IMG/VR virus record: IMGVR_UViG_3300032220_000788 | Span: 1-27,029 of that record | Strand: one strand, 5' to 3' | Origin: a virus | Taxonomy: Duplodnaviria > Caudoviricetes | DNA length: 27,029 bases | Shown: one piece after another, positions 1 to 8,296 of the stretch | How the letters are laid out: each line of letters opens with the position of its first letter | Position numbering within the stretch: position 1 is the stretch's first letter | Notes under the pieces: generated by a model | The model's database searches: none | Seen by the model: only the letters and a program-made list of their open reading frames with translations | Told to the model about the DNA's origin: nothing | Made by a program: the position numbers and the translations under genes

Positions 1-72
1 AAGAAGATGATTAGACCAGACTTCTACGGCTTGGTCGTCATCCGTGGCATGTTCGGAGAATCCGGCGCTTAA
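1..72 (+). CDS. Major capsid protein, C-terminal end (partial; T4 gp23-like)
   Basis: Frame 1 reads KKMIRPDFYGLVVIRGMFGESGA*, matching the (YA)KKMxRPxFYG C-terminal motif of gp23-like capsid proteins. It is followed by a strong terminator and head/neck/tail genes. Confidence 0.8.
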   Translation, partial: KKMIRPDFYGLVVIRGMFGESGA

Positions 73-99
73 TAACTAAACGTTATTAACGATAAGATG

Positions 100-134
100 C
101 CCCTCGACAGAAATGTCGGGGGGTTTCTTATTTT
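100..134 (+). terminator. Rho-independent terminator after capsid gene
   Basis: CCCCTCGACA-GAAA-TGTCGGGGGG stem with GNRA loop followed by TTTCTTATTTT. Confidence 0.85.
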
Positions 135-139
135 AAGAA

Positions 140-148
140 ACTATTTAT
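140..148 (+). promoter_or_regulatory. Putative phage late promoter motif ACTATTTAT
   Basis: The same motif recurs upstream of genes at 672, 2885, 5779, 8227, 16966, 21924 and 25146; here it lies just after a terminator. Confidence 0.6.
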
Positions 149-181
149 TGTGTTGGATTATTTCCAAAGGAGGGTTTTTAC

Positions 182-607
182 ATGGGTTCTAAATTTAGCG
201 TTGCAAGAATGAGAAAAGAACTTGCAGCACAAACAATGACAAGGGTTACTACAAGTGGTGATGCTTCAATCGGTTCTGGTTTCGTTTTAAGCGATATTGG
301 AACACTCGCAGCTTCTGGTTCTTCAGTTTCAAGTTCAGCCGCAATCGTCAATCACGTAACTATGGTATCAGCCGCTGATGGTACAAAAGGTGTCCAATTA
401 CCAGCAGCAACTAATGGTGAAGTTTATATAGTTGGTAACATTGTATCAAATCAAAGCTTAAAACTTTATCCAAGCACAGGTTCGCAATTTAATGGATTTG
501 CTCCAAATGCAGCATTAGTATTAACTGGCTCACAAGGCGCAGTTTGCGTTTACGCATCATCAAGTGCCGCTAATGCATGGATAGTAGCTTGGGGCGGAAA
601 TGCCTAA
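182..607 (+). CDS. Hypothetical virion protein (possible capsid decoration/fibre), 141 aa
   Basis: GGAGG Shine-Dalgarno; Ala/Ser/Gly-rich, beta-strand-like sequence (GVQLPAA..GEVYIVGN..LKLYP); lies between capsid and neck genes with its own promoter motif and terminator. Confidence 0.55.
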   Translation: MGSKFSVARMRKELAAQTMTRVTTSGDASIGSGFVLSDIGTLAASGSSVSSSAAIVNHVTMVSAADGTKGVQLPAATNGEVYIVGNIVSNQSLKLYPSTGSQFNGFAPNAALVLTGSQGAVCVYASSSAANAWIVAWGGNA

Positions 608-633
608 TCTAAACTAAAAGTTTAGTTTCTGAA

Positions 634-664
634 GAACCCCTTTCAAATGAAAGGGGTTTCTTTT
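634..664 (+). terminator. Rho-independent terminator
   Basis: AACCCCTTTC-AAAT-GAAAGGGGTT stem-loop followed by TCTTTT. Confidence 0.85.
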
Positions 665-671
665 ATTATTA

Positions 672-680
672 ACTATTTAT
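672..680 (+). promoter_or_regulatory. Putative late promoter motif ACTATTTAT, 3 nt before the neck gene ATG
   Basis: Recurrent motif; there is no room for an SD between it and the ATG at 684. Confidence 0.6.
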
Positions 681-683
681 TGT

Positions 684-1958
684 ATGGCTGTTCCTACCTT
701 AACTCCTGCAAGCACTTTAAGTGCTGTTGTACTTCCATCTGCTGGTAATCTCAGCGATGTTGCTGTTGCGTTACCATTTGGTATATATTCCGATTCGCCA
801 GCATTTATATCTGGTGCAGCAGACGAAGTTGCATATGTTTATAAAAAACTTGGTGGTGATGTATTAGATATTGAATTAACAACAGGTAATGTATATGCAG
901 CATACGAAGAAGCTGTATTAGAATATTCTTATCTTGTCAATTTGCATCAAGCAGTAAATGCACTACCATCAATGCTTGGTAAATCAACAGGCTCTTTCGA
1001 TCAAGATGGTGAGATAACAAATACATTATCTTCATCAAACGTAGCTTTAAAGTATCCTAAATATTCAATTGATTTTATTAGAAATATGGGCAAGGCATAT
1101 GCAGTAGAGGGTGGCTTGTCATCAAACGATCCAATCTACTCAGCATCATTAAGTACCATTATTGATGTTCAAGATTATGATTTACAAAACATAATTGAAT
1201 CTGCATCTGTTAGTGGTATTGACGTTAATGGTAATAATGTTCCATATGCAGGAAAAGTAGGATCTAAAAAAGTTATTATAAGAAGAGTGTTCTACAAGAC
1301 TCCACAATCAATGTGGAGATTCTTTGGCTATTATGGTGGTTTAAATACAATTGGTAATCTCTCTTCTTATGGTCAATATGCCGATGATTCAACGTTTGAA
1401 GTTATTCCAACATGGCAAAACAAACTTCAAGCAATGGCATACGAAACTGCAATATATACCAGAAACTCACACTATTCATTTGAAATCAAAAACAATATGT
1501 TAAGATTGTTTCCAGTACCAAATATTGCAACTCCACAAAAGTTCTGGGTTGAGTTTACAATTCCTTCTGATCCTTGGACAGAAAGTGAAGAAGGAGTTGA
1601 TACAGGTGTAAATGGTGTCAACAACATGAACACTCTTCCATTTGCAAATATACCATATGAAAACATAAACTCAATTGGTAAGCAATGGATTAGAAGATAT
1701 GCACTTGCTATTTGCAAAGAAATATTAGGTCATATTCGTTCTAAATTCAGTACCATACCAATTCCCGGTGAATCCGTTACATTAAATGGTCCTGCTTTAT
1801 TAGCAGAAGCAGCAACAGAAAAGAAAGAATTGCGTGATGAATTAAAGACCATACTTGCAGAAATGACTTATCCAAAGATTGTTGAACAACAAGGTGCAAT
1901 GTCCGACAATCTACAAAAGGTTGGACAAAAAATACCAGCACTAATATTTGTGGGGTAA
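684..1958 (+). CDS. Neck / head-tail adaptor protein (T4 gp13-like)
   Basis: Motifs YKKLGGDVLDIELT and KQWIRRYALAICKEILGHIRSKFSTIPIPGESVTLNG are typical of gp13-like neck proteins; position between capsid and tail genes agrees. Confidence 0.8.
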   Translation: MAVPTLTPASTLSAVVLPSAGNLSDVAVALPFGIYSDSPAFISGAADEVAYVYKKLGGDVLDIELTTGNVYAAYEEAVLEYSYLVNLHQAVNALPSMLGKSTGSFDQDGEITNTLSSSNVALKYPKYSIDFIRNMGKAYAVEGGLSSNDPIYSASLSTIIDVQDYDLQNIIESASVSGIDVNGNNVPYAGKVGSKKVIIRRVFYKTPQSMWRFFGYYGGLNTIGNLSSYGQYADDSTFEVIPTWQNKLQAMAYETAIYTRNSHYSFEIKNNMLRLFPVPNIATPQKFWVEFTIPSDPWTESEEGVDTGVNGVNNMNTLPFANIPYENINSIGKQWIRRYALAICKEILGHIRSKFSTIPIPGESVTLNGPALLAEAATEKKELRDELKTILAEMTYPKIVEQQGAMSDNLQKVGQKIPALIFVG

Positions 1959-1961
1959 TAA

Positions 1962-2864
1962 ATGAGCGATACAATAATTCCAATTGCTCCATCAACTATC
2001 GAAACAATTGATCTTGCTTTTTATAATTGGTTAAATTATGAAATGGATATCTTTTCAACTTTTGAAGATGGTTGGAAAAAAGTTCCAGTTATTTGGGTTT
2101 CTGCTGAAAGAGCACATCAAATAAAAGCAAACAAAGATATTAGAGATTCATCTGGTATGTTAAAGTTTCCTTTGATTTCTATTGAAAGAAAAACAATAAA
2201 TAAAGATCCAAACAAAACAGGTTCTGTCCCTGCGAATATACGTCCTGTTAATGATTATAAGGGTGGCACATTAACAATAGCAAGAAAGATAAATCAAGAA
2301 AAAACTTCTAATTTTGCTAATGCCGATCAAACAAAAAGAACCACACTTGAACAAACAGAACAAAGACAAACATACAGAAGAGACAATAGAGTGCTTCCAT
2401 TGAATTTTAAAAATTCAAGTCAAAGAAAGCCAACTCAAAAAGTTGTTTATCAAACAATGTCGATTCCAGTTCCTGTTCATGTTGCTGTTTCATATCAAAT
2501 AAATATAAGAACAGATTATCAGCAACAACTTAACGAAATTACAACACCTTTCTTTACAAAAAACGGAAACACAAGATATATAAAATTAATTCAAGATCAG
2601 CACAATTATGATGCTTTTATTAAAGGCGATTTCACATTTGACAATAATGCTTCAAATCTTAATGAAGAAAGAAAGAATTATTCTGCTTCTATTAATGTAG
2701 AAGTAATTGGTTACTTGATTGGAGAAGATAAAAACCAAGAAACACCAAAAGTTGTTTTAAGAGAAAATGCAGTTGAAGTCAAATTTCCTAGAGAAAAAGT
2801 TATTGTTGGAGATGTGCCAGATTACTTGAATACATCTAAAAACAAAACATCTTATAGAGAATAG
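1962..2864 (+). CDS. Tail terminator / tail completion protein (T4 gp15-like)
   Basis: IETIDLAF..KVPVIWVSAER..FPLISIER..PVHVAVSYQINIRT pattern; lies immediately upstream of the sheath gene. Confidence 0.6.
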   Translation: MSDTIIPIAPSTIETIDLAFYNWLNYEMDIFSTFEDGWKKVPVIWVSAERAHQIKANKDIRDSSGMLKFPLISIERKTINKDPNKTGSVPANIRPVNDYKGGTLTIARKINQEKTSNFANADQTKRTTLEQTEQRQTYRRDNRVLPLNFKNSSQRKPTQKVVYQTMSIPVPVHVAVSYQINIRTDYQQQLNEITTPFFTKNGNTRYIKLIQDQHNYDAFIKGDFTFDNNASNLNEERKNYSASINVEVIGYLIGEDKNQETPKVVLRENAVEVKFPREKVIVGDVPDYLNTSKNKTSYRE

Positions 2865-2884
2865 TGATTTTTGAATATTTTATT

Positions 2885-2892
2885 ACTATTTA
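2885..2892 (+). promoter_or_regulatory. Putative late promoter motif ACTATTTA before sheath gene
   Basis: Recurrent intergenic motif followed by an AGGAG SD and ATG at 2927. Confidence 0.6.
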
Positions 2893-2926
2893 CTATTGAT
2901 AATTCAAAGCAGGAGTAATTATAATT

Positions 2927-5776
2927 ATGGCAGTAACTTCTTATAGATTCGTTTCACCCGGCGTCCAAGTACAAGAGATTGATGAATCACAATTACCTGC
3001 TACATCAAATCTAGTAGGACCAACAATAATTGGTAGATTTCCAAAAGGACCAGCAAATCGTCCTGTTTATATCACTTCTAAATCCCAATTAGTAGAAACA
3101 TTTGGTAATCCAGTTCCCGGTAAATCTGGTGTTGATGTTTGGCGTGATGGTAACACAATTGGTACAATGTATGCTGGCTATGCTGCACAAGCTTGGTTAA
3201 CAAATACTTCTGCTGTTAACATTGTAAGATTGCTTGGTACACAAAGCCCAAATGCAACAACTGACGGAAAGGCTGGTTGGCAAGTTCCAAACTTTGGAAC
3301 ATCTGATTCTGCTGGCGGTGCTTATGGCTTGTTTGTTATACCATCTGCTTCTGCTGGTACTGCTAATGTTACTGGTACACTTGCCGCTATCTGGTATATG
3401 AAAGAAGGTTCGGTTGTTCTTTCTGGTACATTAGCCGGAACTGCTGCAACTTATACCTCCGGTACAAACACTCTTGTACAATCAAATGCAGGATATGGAG
3501 AGTTCCATGCAGTAATAACAACACCCGGCGGAACATATGCTTCAAACTTTAATTTGAATTCTGACTCTGACAAGTTTATCAGAAGAGTATTTAATACGAA
3601 TCCTATTTTGACAAATTCCGATGTTACTTCACCATCAAACCTTGAATACTATTGGTTAGGTGAAAGCTTCGAAAGATCAGTAGATGAAATAATCGGATTA
3701 TCTGCAAATCCATTTTATGGTTTTATTGCTCCATTATCTACTACTGGTTCCGCTGTAACATACAATAACTTCAGAGCACCAGCCAGACCAGCAGAAACTG
3801 GTTGGATTATTGGTCAAGATTTAACAACCAATACAGGTTCTTTCGTTGCTGCAAATCAACAAAAGCTCTTTAAGTTTGTAACATTAGATTCTGGCGAGTG
3901 GGCACAAAGAGAATTGAAGATTTCAATCTCTGATATTAAAGCACCACCAAACGATTTTGAAGATTATGGCTCTTTCTCTGTCATGATTAGAAAAATCAGC
4001 GACTCCGACAATAACGTTAGAGTTATTGAACAATATAACAATGTAAACTTAAACCCTGTTTCTCCGAATTATATTGCCAAGAAAATTGGTGATAAATTTG
4101 TTGAGTGGGATGACACCGAAAGAAGATTGAAAGAATATGGCTCATACGATAACGTTTCATCTGTTATCCGTGTTGAAATGGACCCAGACGTTGACAATGG
4201 TAACGTTGACCCAACTTATCTACCATTTGGTTTCTTTGGACCTCCAAGACCAAAAACATTTACTTTCTTCTCTGGTTCTGCACTTCCATCCTCCGTTGTT
4301 TCCGGTTCAGCAGTACGCTCAAAAAATCCATCTGGCGTGCTGTTAAATCAAGGAACACTCAACTTAACAGCATCTGTTATTTTCCCAACAATGCCTTTAA
4401 GATTATCTGCATCTGCCGGTGCAATTTCTCCAGTAACCAATGCTTTCTTCGGCGTAACAACAGGAGAAAAAACTGCATATACTACATTTGATCCAAGCTT
4501 CCTTGACTTAACAAGAGCATTTTCTACCGACTTTGGTACAGATGCATATGATTTGGCATCTGGTGGAGAAACATACAGAGAAAATTCATTTGTATTCACT
4601 CTCGATGATCTTTCTGGCTCAACCGCAACAGGTGTTGGATATGTCTACAATGCAGGCTCAAGAGCAGCAGGAACTTCCAAAACTGCTGTTGCTTCTTTAA
4701 CAACTGGTTCACAAGCTGGTTATCGTGCAATACTGACTGCTGGTTACGATAGATTCACAATGCCACTTTATAACGGATTTGACGGATTCGATATCAAAGA
4801 AGCAGATCCATTGAGAAACAACCTGTTAACCTCTGGTACACCAACGGATACAACAAGCTACGTTTACTACACATACAACAAAGCAATTGATACAATCTCA
4901 GATCCAGAAGCACTTGTAACAGATATAGTTGCAATTCCCGGCTTAACCTATGAATCTCTTACAACTAAGTTGGTACAAACTTGTGAAGCAAGAGCAGATG
5001 CTTTGGCAATTATCGATTTGCCCGGTGTCTATGTGCCAGAACATGAAAGATACTATGCTAATAGAACAAGCAGATATCAAGGAACAGCCACTACAGCAGC
5101 AAGCGAACTAAACGCAAGAGCATTAAACTCAAGCTACGGCGCTACATACTATCCTTGGGTACAAATCCGTGATACCATCAATGACCAACTCGTATTCGTA
5201 CCACCATCTGTTGTAGCTCTTGGTGCAATGTCTTACGGACAAAGAACACAAGAACTTTGGTTTGCACCAGCAGGATTTACTCGCGGTGGCTTAACAGAAG
5301 GTCGTGGTGGTATTCCAGTAGTTGGCGTAACACAACGTCTTACATCTACAGACAGAGATACACTCTACGAAGCAAACATCAATCCTATCGCTCAATTCCC
5401 AGCAGAAGGTATTGTAATCTTTGGACAAAAGACCTTACAAGTAACACCATCTGCACTTGATAGAATCAATGTTCGTAGACTTCTAATTTACTTGAAGAGA
5501 GAAGTCTCTAGAATAGCAGCAACATTGTTATTCGATCAAAACGTCGATGTAACTTGGAGCAAGTTCTTGGGTCAAGTCAATCCTTTCTTGTCATCCGTCA
5601 AGTCCAGACTTGGCTTGTCAGAATACAGAGTAATACTTGACAACACAACAACAACACCAGATTTGGTTGATAGAAATATTCTATACGCCAAAGTATATCT
5701 AAAGCCAGCAAGAGCAATTGAATTCATTGCAATTGATTTCACAATTACAAGTTCTGGTGCATCATTTGCTGATTAA
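2927..5776 (+). CDS. Contractile tail sheath protein (gp18-like), 949 aa
   Basis: N-terminal SPGVQVQEID; C-terminal WFAPAGFTRG, LYEANINPI, FGQKTLQ..SALDRINVRRLL and KPARAIEFIAIDF sheath motifs. Confidence 0.95.
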   Translation: MAVTSYRFVSPGVQVQEIDESQLPATSNLVGPTIIGRFPKGPANRPVYITSKSQLVETFGNPVPGKSGVDVWRDGNTIGTMYAGYAAQAWLTNTSAVNIVRLLGTQSPNATTDGKAGWQVPNFGTSDSAGGAYGLFVIPSASAGTANVTGTLAAIWYMKEGSVVLSGTLAGTAATYTSGTNTLVQSNAGYGEFHAVITTPGGTYASNFNLNSDSDKFIRRVFNTNPILTNSDVTSPSNLEYYWLGESFERSVDEIIGLSANPFYGFIAPLSTTGSAVTYNNFRAPARPAETGWIIGQDLTTNTGSFVAANQQKLFKFVTLDSGEWAQRELKISISDIKAPPNDFEDYGSFSVMIRKISDSDNNVRVIEQYNNVNLNPVSPNYIAKKIGDKFVEWDDTERRLKEYGSYDNVSSVIRVEMDPDVDNGNVDPTYLPFGFFGPPRPKTFTFFSGSALPSSVVSGSAVRSKNPSGVLLNQGTLNLTASVIFPTMPLRLSASAGAISPVTNAFFGVTTGEKTAYTTFDPSFLDLTRAFSTDFGTDAYDLASGGETYRENSFVFTLDDLSGSTATGVGYVYNAGSRAAGTSKTAVASLTTGSQAGYRAILTAGYDRFTMPLYNGFDGFDIKEADPLRNNLLTSGTPTDTTSYVYYTYNKAIDTISDPEALVTDIVAIPGLTYESLTTKLVQTCEARADALAIIDLPGVYVPEHERYYANRTSRYQGTATTAASELNARALNSSYGATYYPWVQIRDTINDQLVFVPPSVVALGAMSYGQRTQELWFAPAGFTRGGLTEGRGGIPVVGVTQRLTSTDRDTLYEANINPIAQFPAEGIVIFGQKTLQVTPSALDRINVRRLLIYLKREVSRIAATLLFDQNVDVTWSKFLGQVNPFLSSVKSRLGLSEYRVILDNTTTTPDLVDRNILYAKVYLKPARAIEFIAIDFTITSSGASFAD

Positions 5777-5778
5777 TA

Positions 5779-5786
5779 ACTATATA
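5779..5786 (+). promoter_or_regulatory. Putative late promoter variant ACTATATA before tube gene
   Basis: One-mismatch copy of the motif, followed by CTAT as at 2885 and then an AAGGA SD. Confidence 0.45.
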
Positions 5787-5807
5787 CTATAAAAGGAAAA
5801 TAATAAA

Positions 5808-6437
5808 ATGGCATTTTGGAACGAAGCATCTGTTGAACCAAAAAGAAAGTTTAAATTCTTATTAAGATTCGGCGCAGCATCTGACGCATTACCTTCTTTC
5901 ATTGTTAAGAAAGTTAACAAACCAGAATTAACAATATCTGAAGCTACACATAAGTTTTTAGGACACTCTTATTATTTTCCTGCCACACAAACTTGGAACG
6001 AAATTACTTGTACGGTAGTTGATCCTGCTGGTTCTGGTGGTACTGGCGATGAAGAAACTGCAACTTTGCAAGCACCTTCTGTTGACGTAGCAGAAGGTAT
6101 GTATCGTGTTCTTCTTGCTTCTGGCTATCAATCACCAGTTAACCAAGCCTCTGCAATCGCTGCTGGTGGTGCTGCAACATTAAGAACATTTGCAAAATCA
6201 ACAGCTACTGCACAATTTGATAGAGTTGAAATTATACAAATTGATGCAAACGGAAATGCAATTGAAACTTGGACTCTTAATAACGCTTGGATTAAACAAA
6301 TGACATTTGGTGAACTTGATTATTCATCAGACGACATTAACGAAATAACATTAAAATTCCGTTATGATTGGGCAGACGTTAAGATAAATCGTGGTGGTTC
6401 TACAACAGCAGCATTTGATAGCGAATTGCAATCATAA
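5808..6437 (+). CDS. Tail tube protein (gp19-like)
   Basis: EPKRKFKF, VKKVNKP and IETWTLNNAWIKQMTFGELDYSSDD...ITLKFRYDWA motifs; directly follows the sheath gene. Confidence 0.9.
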   Translation: MAFWNEASVEPKRKFKFLLRFGAASDALPSFIVKKVNKPELTISEATHKFLGHSYYFPATQTWNEITCTVVDPAGSGGTGDEETATLQAPSVDVAEGMYRVLLASGYQSPVNQASAIAAGGAATLRTFAKSTATAQFDRVEIIQIDANGNAIETWTLNNAWIKQMTFGELDYSSDDINEITLKFRYDWADVKINRGGSTTAAFDSELQS

Positions 6438-6447
6438 TTGGTGATTG

Positions 6448-7137
6448 ATGTTTTGGAATAAAGGCAGAGATACTACTCTTGAGCCATATAATAAATTTAA
6501 ATTTATTGCAACGTTTTCTGGATTTGTAAAAACAACAACTAATCCTTTAAGCGTTTTGGGTAGTGAACTCCCACCAGACTTGAACTTAAGAGTTCATGTT
6601 AAAAAAATTGATGCTCCAAAAATAAACTTTGAATTTGAAAGAGCTTATGCAAATGAATATGTTGATTACTTTCAAAAAGGCTCTATTCATTGGGAATCGA
6701 TGAATATAACTTTTATTGATTCTGTTATAAAAAACAATCAACGTTCATTTACATTAAGAGAAATATTAAATGATTATATTTCTTCTCTTAATGGATTTAA
6801 TAATAGCAACCAAAGTTTTCAAGATAACAGAACAAATTTAGTTGACTTACCATCTTTTTGTGAAACTATACAAATTGCTAGTTTTTCTACATTTGCAAAT
6901 AGTAGTTATCCAAGTGCTGCTGACTTAAAACAATATAATTCCGGTCAAAGTCTTGATACACAATTAGGCAAAAGTTTAGATAAATATAATAACATATTTA
7001 CTATAACAAGACCAAGAATAACAAAAATTGATTTTGGTAGCTTGGATTATAGTTCAGATGATATAAATGAAATAACCATCTCTGTTGTTCCAGAGTGGTG
7101 TTCAAATCAAAATAGTGATTCTCTAACTTTACGATAA
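6448..7137 (+). CDS. Second tail-tube-fold protein (paralogue; possible tube initiator)
   Basis: Shares FWN, EPxxKFKF, VKK(V/I)xxP and FGxLDYSSDDINEIT with the preceding tube protein. ATG at 6448 is preferred over TTG at 6445. Confidence 0.75.
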   Translation: MFWNKGRDTTLEPYNKFKFIATFSGFVKTTTNPLSVLGSELPPDLNLRVHVKKIDAPKINFEFERAYANEYVDYFQKGSIHWESMNITFIDSVIKNNQRSFTLREILNDYISSLNGFNNSNQSFQDNRTNLVDLPSFCETIQIASFSTFANSSYPSAADLKQYNSGQSLDTQLGKSLDKYNNIFTITRPRITKIDFGSLDYSSDDINEITISVVPEWCSNQNSDSLTLR

Positions 7138-7147
7138 CGAGGAATAA

Positions 7148-8008
7148 ATGAGAAATAATATGGATAGGTTCCAAACTGGACCTCAAAATGCAGAGCATAG
7201 CGATCCTGCTGCTGCATTAATGCAACAATTGTCATTTGTTGTACCAACAGAGCATGTTGAATTACCATCAAAAGGTATCTTCTATCCAGAGGGACACCCA
7301 CTCCACAATAAAGATACAATTGAAATTCGCTACATGACAGCAAAAGATGAAGATACTTTAACTTCAAAAAATCTTATAAAGAAAGGAATAGCAATTGAAA
7401 GATTGCTGCAAGATTTGATTGTTGATAAGCGAATTGTGTTGGCAAGCATTTTAATTGGTGACAAAAATGCAATTCTTTTATCTGCAAGAAAAACTGCATA
7501 TGGCGTTGATTATGATACAAAATTAAATTGTCCTTCTTGTGGAAAAATACAAAACTATACATTTGATTTAAATTCTTGTGGAATCTACGAAGGAATATCA
7601 AATGAGCAATTGGAAGAAAATGGAATTTCTGTAACAGAGAATAAAACATTTGTTTTTAAACTTCCAATATTAAATGCTTCTTGTGAAATTCGTATGTTGA
7701 ACGGCAAAGATGAACAAATAATTATGAACAGAATAAAAGAAGCAGAAAACCAAAAAAATGCTTTGGATACTTCATTGTCTGATCAATTAAAGTTGATGAT
7801 TGTTTCCATAAATGGTGTTAACGATCCTGCTACTTTAACCAAAGCAATTCCACTATTGCCAGCTAAAGATTCAAAACACATAAGAGAAATGTATAAGCTT
7901 ATATCTCCAAACCTTGATTTGTCACATGACTTTTCTTGTTCTGCTTGTTCGTTTGAAACAAGATTGGAGGTTCCGTTCAACGCGGACTTTTTTTGGCCTA
8001 AACGATAA
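7148..8008 (+). CDS. Baseplate hub / tail assembly chaperone (T4 gp26-like) with two CxxC motifs
   Basis: VELPSKG..YP, IEIRYMTAKDEDTL, GDKNAILL..R..AYG, CPSC and CSAC, ending DFFWP; lies between tube and tape measure genes. Confidence 0.8.
   Translation: MRNNMDRFQTGPQNAEHSDPAAALMQQLSFVVPTEHVELPSKGIFYPEGHPLHNKDTIEIRYMTAKDEDTLTSKNLIKKGIAIERLLQDLIVDKRIVLASILIGDKNAILLSARKTAYGVDYDTKLNCPSCGKIQNYTFDLNSCGIYEGISNEQLEENGISVTENKTFVFKLPILNASCEIRMLNGKDEQIIMNRIKEAENQKNALDTSLSDQLKLMIVSINGVNDPATLTKAIPLLPAKDSKHIREMYKLISPNLDLSHDFSCSACSFETRLEVPFNADFFWPKR
7988..7994 (+). other. Putative programmed frameshift site (U7 run, GAC TTT TTT TGG)
   Basis: The T7 run reads Phe-Phe both in the chaperone frame and in the +1 frame, which stays open to 8180. 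Confidence 0.6.
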
Positions 8009-8180
8009 ATATCAAGAACAGCTATATGAAACTTTCTTTCTTATGAAGTATCATGGTGGTTGGTCTTTTGTTGAATTCTACAATCTTCCTGTTGGCTTAA
8101 GAAATTGGTTTGTTAATAGATTGGCAAGTCAAAAAGAAAAAGAAGCAGAAGAAATGGAAAAAGCAAGCAAAAAGAAATAA
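7989..8180 (+). CDS. Chaperone C-terminal extension (gp51-like small protein), probably made by frameshift
   Basis: FFGLNDKYQEQLYETFFLMKYHGGWSFVEFYNLPVGLRNWFVNRL resembles small gp51-like / G-T chaperone extensions. No convincing SD+ATG at its 5' end; ends just before a terminator. Confidence 0.65.
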   Translation, partial: FFGLNDKYQEQLYETFFLMKYHGGWSFVEFYNLPVGLRNWFVNRLASQKEKEAEEMEKASKKK

Positions 8181-8185
8181 TGTAT

Positions 8186-8223
8186 AAAATCGAAGAACTT
8201 CAAATTCTTCGATTTTGTATTTT
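8186..8223 (+). terminator. Terminator-like hairpin
   Basis: AAAATCGAAGAA-CTTCAAA-TTCTTCGATTTT perfect 12-bp inverted repeat followed by GTATTTT. Confidence 0.7.
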
Positions 8224-8226
8224 GTA

Positions 8227-8235
8227 TCTATTTAT
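8227..8235 (+). promoter_or_regulatory. Putative late promoter motif TCTATTTAT before tape measure gene
   Basis: Recurrent motif located just after a terminator. Confidence 0.55.
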
Positions 8236-8296
8236 TGCATATGAGTTTTGTTTGTATATTATCGGCTTCGTGCCGTTTAAATGGGAGATAATTTAA

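Noticed and set aside
609-628. Small inverted repeat CTAAACT-AAA-AGTTTAG
   Set aside because: Short and AT-rich; the adjacent GC-rich hairpin already explains termination.
7914-7988. TTG start at 7914 for the 88-aa overlapping ORF
   Set aside because: No SD, and the region is constrained by the chaperone's CxxC motif in another frame; the plausible coding part starts at the T7 run.
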